From Desulfosporosinus lacus DSM 15449 (GTDB lineage Bacteria > Bacillota > Desulfitobacteriia > Desulfitobacteriales > Desulfitobacteriaceae), in assembly GCF_900129935.1 (NCBI RefSeq), contig NZ_FQXJ01000009.1, positions 106,298 through 138,297 of the forward strand: a stretch of DNA of 32,000 nt. Reading direction: 5' to 3'. Below are positions 25,055-31,891 of this stretch, piece by piece. The translations under genes were made by a program, and so were the position numbers. The first letter of the stretch is position 1, and each line of letters begins with the position of its first letter. Under the pieces are notes generated by a model. That model saw nothing but the letters and a program-made list of their open reading frames with translations. It did no database searches and was not told the origin of the DNA.

Positions 25055-26319
25055 TGATTAATTCCTCCTTCATAAATAGGTTCTGCTTCAAAAACAGGTT
25101 TTACCAAGTCCTTAAACGCCTTAATAACGGCCTCCCCAAACTCCGGTTCATCAATATTAGCGTCAACCTCAATCACTTCGATATGCTCAGCAGCCAGCTC
25201 TTTGAAAACTTTTACAAAAATCAAATCACTTTCCGGTTCAAAGATAGCAGTACCTGCTTTATCGAAAGAGGCCCAGCCTTTCAACGGAATCAAGAACTTT
25301 ACGGGACCGCAGGCTGCATTTAGTTTTTCGGCCATTGCCCGCGCTACTACTCTTAATTCATCCGAGTTAAGACGCAAGAAAGTGCGCAAGGCATCGAGAT
25401 CATACTTTTTTCGTTCGTAATAATCAGGCTTATATTTACTCCGTGGAGGAGTCATTAAATTTACAGCACAGGGCGCGATAATCTGGGGAATACCGATTTT
25501 GCCGGCAGCTTCAAGTCGTTTTTTCCCTGCCGATCTGGTTCCGCCAAAAATTTCCTCCCCTACTCCGCCAGGTGCCAAATCAATAACAGCTTTGAACATG
25601 CCCTCTCCACTCATCATCTCCTCCATAGCCTTATCGGCTACCCCGGTTGCAGAAAAGCCGATAATCTGATACCCTTCCACCTCCAAACGGTTGCGTACAA
25701 AATTGGCAGTTTCTTCACATAAGCTCAGTTGGGTCATAGCTATATAATCCTTAGGTCTTTCCTCTTTTCCCGGTACTTTCTTCTCCGATTTTTGGGTCAT
25801 ACCCACAATTGCGCCTGCCGCCTGATCTAAGATATCTCTTATTAAGTCGTTTAAGCCTGTAAAATCAATAACCGAGTGAAAGATAGTAATATCAGAGGTT
25901 CCAAAGTAACGGCTTGCTAACCCCTGTGAAGCGGCAACACTGCTAACCATAGATTTAGGAACACCGAAAGGTAACGTTCTCATTATGTTCGTGACTAAGA
26001 GACTGTTCGTGGCACCGCCGATCCCAATGACGCCCTGAATCTTCCCCTCAGCATAGAGTCTTTTAAGCTTGGCAGAAGCACCGGCAGTAATGATTTCGGC
26101 AAGTCGAACGCGGTTCTCTGTGGAAAAGACTGTTTCAGCCGGATTGCCAAGGGCAAAAATTTCTTCACGTGTAACGTCTGCCGGCATCCCCGGCTGTCCT
26201 CTGGTTCCTAAATCAAAAATAATTGTTCGGCAATTTCTTGCTTCGATTTGCTTTTTTAGATAATTAGTTTCGGCGGCCTTAGTATCCAAGGTACAAAGGA
26301 TAGCGATTGTCTTGCTCAT
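25051..26319 (-). CDS. UPF0261 family protein (Tm-1-like ATP-binding domain), paralog 1
   Basis: 422 aa: MSKTIAILCTLDTKAAETNYLKKQIE...GVIGIGGATNS...FGVPKSMVSSVAS...DITIFHSV.D..GLN. AGGAGG SD. Confidence 0.85.
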   Translation of the reverse strand: MSKTIAILCTLDTKAAETNYLKKQIEARNCRTIIFDLGTRGQPGMPADVTREEIFALGNPAETVFSTENRVRLAEIITAGASAKLKRLYAEGKIQGVIGIGGATNSLLVTNIMRTLPFGVPKSMVSSVAASQGLASRYFGTSDITIFHSVIDFTGLNDLIRDILDQAAGAIVGMTQKSEKKVPGKEERPKDYIAMTQLSLCEETANFVRNRLEVEGYQIIGFSATGVADKAMEEMMSGEGMFKAVIDLAPGGVGEEIFGGTRSAGKKRLEAAGKIGIPQIIAPCAVNLMTPPRSKYKPDYYERKKYDLDALRTFLRLNSDELRVVARAMAEKLNAACGPVKFLIPLKGWASFDKAGTAIFEPESDLIFVKVFKELAAEHIEVIEVDANIDEPEFGEAVIKAFKDLVKPVFEAEPIYEGGINQ

Positions 26320-26429
26320 TAAATCCTCCTTTGAACAGTTTTTGTAATATTCTAAATCTTATGTTATCAGACAAATAATTCTATAACTATTCTCATATTG
26401 GGTAAAAATCTTGCGAATATCTTAGCTAC

Positions 26430-26455
26430 TTTAGTCGTACGTGCTCACCCCTTGG
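26430..26455. promoter_or_regulatory. Candidate operator site A (TTTAGTCGTACGTGCTCACCCCTTGG)
   Basis: It shares TTTAG-N3-TAC-N5-CACCCCTTGG, including an exact 10-mer, with site B at 29047-29072. It lies 110-135 bp upstream of the UPF0261-ligase-ubiD operon. Confidence 0.45.
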
Positions 26456-26499
26456 TACCTTTCATCCTGCGGTCGCCTCTTAATAATTAGCGTCTATTC

Positions 26500-26523
26500 T
26501 TAGGGGTACTGCTCTGTACCCCT
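26500..26523. promoter_or_regulatory. Candidate operator site C / hairpin (TTAGGGGTAC-TGCTCT-GTACCCCT)
   Basis: Perfect 8-bp inverted repeat of the same half-site as sites A and B. It lies 30 bp after the regulator stop, so it could equally be that gene's terminator. Confidence 0.4.
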
Positions 26524-26553
26524 GTTTGTATTGTTCAAAATTCAGCGCTGCAC

Positions 26554-28902
26554 TCAATTGATAAGTTTTAGGGCTAACTGTATCTGCAACCCCACATCGG
26601 GATCATCCATATCAATTCCCGCTATCTCCTCTATCCTCTTCAAACGGTATTTCATGGTGCTGTGATTGAGAAAACCTTCTCTTGCGGCCTTTAAGATATT
26701 GCCATTATTTCGATAATAAAGTTCCAACATGCTTACTAACTGAGCATTATGTTTCCGGTCGTAATCAATTAAGGGGCGGAGTACCCGGTTTGCAAATCTT
26801 GCGAACCTTTCCTTATTGATTTCCAACAGCGCAAACACCCCCAGACGCTCATAGGACATCATCCGGTTTTCCTGGTTCAGGCTTTTCATGATCTCCAAAG
26901 TACTGGTGGCTTGCCAGTATGATTCCTTAAATTCGTCAAAACGATGGCAGTTCCCACCTAGGGCCAACCACCAGACAGTCTCACCAGGTTGTTCGCTTAA
27001 TTCTTTCTCAATTGCTTTGGCCAAGGGATTGTTCTTCTCACACACATTTAAAGCGGCTAACACAAGGATATAGCGGTTGCTGATGACAATACTCCCGGGG
27101 GATTCCCGCTGGACTGCCTCTTTCACCAATTCATAAATGCGCCGTTTGGCAGACGACCCTGGGTATGAAGCTTCTCTGCTTTCCACATCGATAATAAACA
27201 CTTGATAGGTATCTGCAAATACAAACCCCAACTGGGCTGAGCGGTGATAGGCTGCCTCTTCAGATTCGTAGTTGCCTGCTATCAAATCTTCAATGAAATC
27301 TTCTCTTTGGCGCATTTCCACTGCCAAGGCTGCTTTTTGCTTCAGTAATTCAAGAGCAAAGACCCTTCCCGCCTGCTCCATGGCAATATAGTCCAACTCA
27401 AACAGCCTTTTTTCCTTTTCCAGCGCTGACACATACCCAAAAACTTCCTTACCGGCAACAATGGGCACGATTATCTGCCGCCTTCCCCCAGAGTCTGTCT
27501 CAAGAGTAACCAGACGCTTATCATTCACGAGGGCCTGCATTTCCTGTCGATACCGCGGGACTTTCATCAGATGCCCAATTGAGAGAAATCCATTTTCCAG
27601 CTCGGTATTCCCTCCGGATGCTGAAATCAGTCTGAAATTTTCATCCTCCACCCACACATGGCAGTTGATTAACTCTGCCAGTGTCCGGGCGATCGCCTCC
27701 AGTCCCTGACACTCCAGGACCAATTGGGTTAACTGGGTGTGAATATCGCTGGACTTCTTGAGCTTAGCGTGCTGAGCAGTAAGGACATTGTTAAGTTGGT
27801 TAAGCTGAAGCACTTTTTCCTGTAGTTCTTCGTCTGTTCTTTCATATACACGGGCATTTTGGATCGCTATCGCCGCTTGTGCTCCAAGAATTTGCAACAG
27901 TTCCTGATCTTCATGGTTGAAAACCCGGTTGCCCGGTTTTTTAACCACTACCATGGCACCAATCATAGACCCTTTGAAATAAAGAGGTACTCCGAGGGAA
28001 TCTTCCTGTACCACAATGGCCCGTCCTGTCTTGAGCACAGGAGTAAGAAGCTCGCCGGGATCATTTGTAATCTCCGACCACACTTCCGCTTCCTCGGTCC
28101 TGTACACGAGAAATTGGCCATCTTCCATAACAAGGGCCATGCAAGAGGCCTGTGCAAAGAACATTTTCGCGGCGTACTGGATAAACCTCCTTGGCAGTTT
28201 ATCCGAATCGTAATTAGTGGTGATTTCTACTGCAGCCTCGTTTAAGCCTCTCCACTGCACAACTCGCTCCCTTTCCTCGGTCACCATTTTTTGCAGGCTT
28301 TTAAGCACTGAACTAGGCCGCAAGTCTTCAATATACCTTGCCGCCTCTCTGCCCCAGGCTTCCAGCGGACGTAATTCCCATTTACAGTGTTGGTCTCCTT
28401 TGGCACCGCACATGGTCTCCACAGATACAATTTCCCGTCCCATAAACCCACTGGCATAACCGCTGGCATATCCGGATACCGTCCAACAGACTGCTTCCGT
28501 GGCTTGACCATAAAGTTTAAGATGTTGCTCTACTTCATTCGAATTATGCCATTCCCCTCGCATGAGGAAAGTCCCCTCAGCGCGGTTAAATTCTAAATGA
28601 TCACATTTGACATGGGCCGAACCCTCGATGGTATGGATCATTGGCCCTGCCAACATCCACTCGGCATCAGTCTCAAAATTGAACATATTCTTTACGCTCA
28701 TGACATCAGCATAACCACAACGGTACCCAAAGCGGGTAAGAACCCCCCGGGCATTGTCCTCCCCCAGTGACTCAATCAATTCCTGTCGCAGTTGTCCAAG
28801 GGCGTCTGCATTGAACAACAGCATTCGGTTGCCCCGAAAGGTCATTGTTCCCCTCTCTCTGTCGAGGGTGAGAAAATTCTCAAAATCAAACACTGGTTTC
28901 AT
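26554..28902 (-). CDS. Hybrid transcriptional regulator: XylR_N + V4R aromatic-sensor module, GAF domain, PucR-type C-terminal HTH
   Basis: N-terminus: MTFRGNRMLLFNADALGQLRQELIESLGEDNARGVLTRFGYRCGYADV (XylR_N-like). EAVCWTVSGYASGYASGFMGREIVSVETMCGAKGDQHCKWELRP is V4R-like. Middle: GAF-like. C-terminus: FLNHSTMKYRLKRIEEIAGIDMDDPDVGLQIQLALKL (PucR HTH). There is no AAA+/sigma54 module. ATG 28902 follows GGGGGG; the tracked TTG 29001 extension has no SD. Confidence 0.85.
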   Translation of the reverse strand: MKPVFDFENFLTLDRERGTMTFRGNRMLLFNADALGQLRQELIESLGEDNARGVLTRFGYRCGYADVMSVKNMFNFETDAEWMLAGPMIHTIEGSAHVKCDHLEFNRAEGTFLMRGEWHNSNEVEQHLKLYGQATEAVCWTVSGYASGYASGFMGREIVSVETMCGAKGDQHCKWELRPLEAWGREAARYIEDLRPSSVLKSLQKMVTEERERVVQWRGLNEAAVEITTNYDSDKLPRRFIQYAAKMFFAQASCMALVMEDGQFLVYRTEEAEVWSEITNDPGELLTPVLKTGRAIVVQEDSLGVPLYFKGSMIGAMVVVKKPGNRVFNHEDQELLQILGAQAAIAIQNARVYERTDEELQEKVLQLNQLNNVLTAQHAKLKKSSDIHTQLTQLVLECQGLEAIARTLAELINCHVWVEDENFRLISASGGNTELENGFLSIGHLMKVPRYRQEMQALVNDKRLVTLETDSGGRRQIIVPIVAGKEVFGYVSALEKEKRLFELDYIAMEQAGRVFALELLKQKAALAVEMRQREDFIEDLIAGNYESEEAAYHRSAQLGFVFADTYQVFIIDVESREASYPGSSAKRRIYELVKEAVQRESPGSIVISNRYILVLAALNVCEKNNPLAKAIEKELSEQPGETVWWLALGGNCHRFDEFKESYWQATSTLEIMKSLNQENRMMSYERLGVFALLEINKERFARFANRVLRPLIDYDRKHNAQLVSMLELYYRNNGNILKAAREGFLNHSTMKYRLKRIEEIAGIDMDDPDVGLQIQLALKLIN

Positions 28903-29036
28903 TTGCGGCCCCCCAATATTAATTACTTTTTTTAACTCATCCATTCGTATAAACCAACGCAAATGAGAGTGGAGTGGGACTCTGGACTCAGTTCCCCTCA
29001 AGCGGGTTTGTACAAATTAATGAATTTGTTTTAAAA

Positions 29037-29130
29037 TTTTCCCCAATTTAGGGATACTAAGGCACCCCTTGGGAAATTGACAAAATTGTCAAAGAGTTTT
29101 TCCTCACTTTAGGAATAGTAAGGCAAAACC
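29037..29130. promoter_or_regulatory. Divergent control region: two ~28-bp direct repeats (29037-29064 and 29098-25) carrying operator-like sites B and D, flanking the inverted repeat TTGACAA-AA-TTGTCAA (29077-29092)
   Basis: TTTTCCCCAATTTAGGGATACTAAGGCA versus TTTTCCTCACTTTAGGAATAGTAAGGCA: 24 of 28 identical, 61 bp apart. Site B continues into CACCCCTTGG. Confidence 0.5.
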
Positions 29131-29268
29131 AATCATGCTAACATTTAATTATAGTCTGAAAGTTCAGAATATACAGGCTTGTTAAGTTAAAATGTACCAC
29201 TCTTCAGGTCAAAAGCCACTTTTTATAGAGGGCAAAGATTAAAAAACTTGAGAAAAGGAGTAATTATC

Positions 29269-30513
29269 ATGAAAAATATTTTGATCGTAGCTTGTCTGGA
29301 CACCAAGAGTACAGAGGTTCTTTTTTTAAAAGAAAGAATTGAAACCTTCGGAGCCAAAACAATTATCATCGATGCCGGAATCTTGGGAGAGCCCCTTTTT
29401 CCGCCGGATTTTACACGAGCGGATGTAGCGGAAATGGCTGGTACGACCCTGGAAAAGGTCAGAAAAATCCCCTCCGAAGGCCAGGCCATGGATATTCAAA
29501 TCAAAGGCGCTATTGGCATAGCACAGAAACTGCACAGTGAAGGTAAGGTACATGGAATCCTGGGTATAGGAGGGGCCATGGGTACCGGCCTGGGAACAGC
29601 GGTAATGAGCTCTTTTCCTATCGGAATTCCGAAAGTTATGATTTCTACTGTGGCTGGGGTCGGTAATTTAGTAGGAGTCTTCGTCGGAACTAAGGACATT
29701 AACATGTTTCACTCGGTGGCGGATGTAGCCGGACTGAACCGGTTGACCCGAACTATTTTCTCCAATGCAGCGGGAGCGGTTGTGGGCATGGCAAATGCCG
29801 GTGTTGATAAACTTGAAAATAGAAGGCTGGTTGCCGTTTCAACCCTTGGCACTACGGAACATGCTGCCGAAAGAACAAGGGCACTGCTTGAGCTGGCCGG
29901 TTATGAATCCGTGACTTTCCACACAACAGGTGTTGGCGGTCGAAGCCTGGAGCACTCGATAATAGATGGATTGGTTGACGGAGGGGTAATAGAGTATTCT
30001 CTACATGAATATATCGATCGGATAGCAGGGGGGCTATACCAGGCTTCTGATGATCGATACGAAAACGCCGGCCTTATGTCTCTACCTCAGGTATATGTTC
30101 CCGGTTCTACTGATTTTATTGTTGAGGGGCATGGTAAGGAGAAGTACCAGGGTCGTAAAACTCATATGCATAATCAGGCCATCATGTTGTACCGAACCAG
30201 CCCGGTTGAAATGAAACAGTTGGGAGAGGAAATCGGTCAGAAGCTGAGTAGGAGCAAATCTCCGGTTACGGTTGTAATTCCAATGCGAGGCTTTAGTGTC
30301 CACGACCGAGAAGGCGGTCCACTCTGGGAACCCGAGGCACTTTTGGAGTTTGCTAAGGGCATTGAGAGTAAGGCCAATACCATGCTCAAAGTCAAGAGAG
30401 TGGATGCTCATGTTCTCGAAGAAAGATTCATTCAGGAAGCTTTGGACTCATTCCTGGAAAACGCTAAAATTGTTGACACTATGGCTGCGATTGACGTTAG
30501 ATCAGCCGGATAG
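29269..30513 (+). CDS. UPF0261 family protein (Tm-1-like ATP-binding domain), paralog 2
   Basis: MKNILIVACLDTKSTEVLFLKERIE...GILGIGGAMGT...IGIPKVMISTVAG...DINMFHSVADVAGLN is collinear with paralog 1. ATG 29269 follows AAAGGAG; the tracked 29248 is a TTG extension. Confidence 0.85.
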   Translation: MKNILIVACLDTKSTEVLFLKERIETFGAKTIIIDAGILGEPLFPPDFTRADVAEMAGTTLEKVRKIPSEGQAMDIQIKGAIGIAQKLHSEGKVHGILGIGGAMGTGLGTAVMSSFPIGIPKVMISTVAGVGNLVGVFVGTKDINMFHSVADVAGLNRLTRTIFSNAAGAVVGMANAGVDKLENRRLVAVSTLGTTEHAAERTRALLELAGYESVTFHTTGVGGRSLEHSIIDGLVDGGVIEYSLHEYIDRIAGGLYQASDDRYENAGLMSLPQVYVPGSTDFIVEGHGKEKYQGRKTHMHNQAIMLYRTSPVEMKQLGEEIGQKLSRSKSPVTVVIPMRGFSVHDREGGPLWEPEALLEFAKGIESKANTMLKVKRVDAHVLEERFIQEALDSFLENAKIVDTMAAIDVRSAG

Positions 30514-30537
30514 TGTTATCCCACAGCAAGGGTTCCT

Positions 30538-30559
30538 AAGAGGAGGGTTTCCTCCTCTT
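30538..30559 (+). terminator. Intrinsic terminator of UPF0261 paralog 2
   Basis: AAGAGGAGG-GTTT-CCTCCTCTT followed by TTCCTGCTTT, 25 nt after the stop. Confidence 0.8.
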
Positions 30560-30774
30560 TTCCTGCTTTACAAAGCTTAAGCTCTGTGACAGTCTGGGCA
30601 GGAATTTGTAATTCATCCTTGACACTCCTTTCAGAATCCGGGCTATTATTTTTGAATATTTAGAACTTTCTAAAACCTTACCATATATTGAAAGAAGGTT
30701 ACTATCCCCATAATAGTTAAAAAACCTATTCGAGAATTTGTACAATTTGGCTAAAATTTATTCGAGAGTGAATT

Positions 30775-30832
30775 TATATGGCAAGAGCCGCCTTTACGTT
30801 CAATTGAAACGCAGGGCGGCTCTTGCCATATA
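30775..30832 (-). terminator. Long hairpin after ubiX (18-bp perfect stem TATATGGCAAGAGCCGCC / GGCGGCTCTTGCCATATA, 22-nt loop containing TTCAATTGAA)
   Basis: Read directly. It lies 32 nt past the ubiX stop with no clear U-tract. Confidence 0.5.
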
Positions 30833-30863
30833 ACTGAACAACCTTTCTCAAGGGTTGTTCTTC

Positions 30864-31448
30864 TTACATTGTCCGCAGTTTCTGCCGAGTTCCTCCGCCC
30901 TCCCAGCGTTTAAACAATTGGTGACTGACGTCAAATTGGTCCAGGGCCTTGCCCACAGTCTGATTGATGATATCATCGATTGTCTTAGGCATGTGGTAAT
31001 AGGCGGGCATAGGCGGGAGAATGACTGCACCCATTTCCGCCACAGCCGTCAGTAACTTAAGATGTCCAATATGAAGAGGGGTCTCACGAGGGATAACTAC
31101 CAGTTTCCTTCTTTCCTTCAGCACTACATCAGCCGCTCGTACCAAAAGCGAGTCGTTATAGGAATTGGCTAAAGCTGAAAGGCTCTTAATGGCACAGGGT
31201 GCTATGAGCATTCCGTCCGTTTTAAACGAACCACTGGAGATGGAAGCTCCTATGTCCCTGTTATCGTAGACATAGTCCGCTAAGTTCTCCACTTCCTTCA
31301 CACTAAAATTTGTCTCCGTTTCAATAGTTCTTTTGGCGCTATCCGTCAAAACAAGATGGGATTCTATTTGGCAAGCCCCTAAAGTCTGCAACATTCGAAT
31401 GCCGTAGATGGCGCCGGTGGCACCGGATATACCCACAATCAACTTCAT
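30864..31448 (-). CDS. ubiX: Flavin prenyltransferase UbiX (prFMN synthase)
   Basis: 194 aa: MKLIVGISGATGAIYGIRML...LVLTDSAK...PCAIKSLSALANSYNDSLL.RAADV.LKERRKLV. The GGAGGGA SD lies inside the end of ribK. Confidence 0.95.
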   Translation of the reverse strand: MKLIVGISGATGAIYGIRMLQTLGACQIESHLVLTDSAKRTIETETNFSVKEVENLADYVYDNRDIGASISSGSFKTDGMLIAPCAIKSLSALANSYNDSLLVRAADVVLKERRKLVVIPRETPLHIGHLKLLTAVAEMGAVILPPMPAYYHMPKTIDDIINQTVGKALDQFDVSHQLFKRWEGGGTRQKLRTM

Positions 31449-31450
31449 TC

Positions 31451-31855
31451 TTATCCCTCCACTTCACTTTTCTTGAATGTTAAAGTAACTACATCCCCGT
31501 CTACAATGTTTAAGGTGTCTTTAATGCATACCGGCGCCACTATTTCGATTCTTCCAATCGGGTGTTTGGTTTTTCCTGGCATCACAACCGCACCTACAAG
31601 TTGATCATTGATCAAGGTCTCGTAACAGATGGCCGAGCAAGACGTTTTATTTCTCGGCTCGATGAACACCCCGCCAGTCTGACCAAAGCTCACTAAACTA
31701 TCCCAATCAAGTTCAATCATATCTACATTTAAAGTGCCGGGGTAGGGTACAAACCCCAGCTTATTTAAGAATTGCTCAACCACCCAATCAAGCTGGGTAA
31801 AATATTTACCTTCCTTAAAACCACTTGAAACTGTACCCTGCAACTTTATTTCCAT
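31451..31855 (-). CDS. ribK: CTP-dependent riboflavin kinase, archaeal type (DUF120/RibK family)
   Basis: 134 aa: GTVSSGFKEGKYFTQL.W...F...LGF.PYPGTLNV...GAVVMPGKTKHPIGRIEIVAPV.IKD.LNIVDGDVVTL. It is collinear with my recollection of the Methanocaldococcus MJ0056-type enzyme. Confidence 0.8.
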   Translation of the reverse strand: MEIKLQGTVSSGFKEGKYFTQLDWVVEQFLNKLGFVPYPGTLNVDMIELDWDSLVSFGQTGGVFIEPRNKTSCSAICYETLINDQLVGAVVMPGKTKHPIGRIEIVAPVCIKDTLNIVDGDVVTLTFKKSEVEG

Positions 31856-31891
31856 TCCCGAACACCTGCCTATTTAGAGTTGTATCCCTCT

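Noticed and set aside
21808-28511. Numerous short tracked ORFs inside ubiD, the ligase, UPF0261-1 and the regulator (for example 21808..22050, 22684..22914, 23457..23708, 24164..24466, 25054..25420, 27859..28245, 28281..28511)
   Set aside because: They are antisense or alternative-frame ORFs within genes whose main frames carry strong family signatures.
29223-30411. Minus-strand ORFs 29223..29489, 29326..29553, 29496..29705 and 30082..30411, and plus-strand ORF 30296..30580
   Set aside because: They are antisense or out of frame within UPF0261 paralog 2.
30536-30745. Tracked 69-aa minus-strand ORF in the convergent gap
   Set aside because: It reads through the paralog-2 terminator hairpin, has AT-rich low-complexity composition and has no SD.
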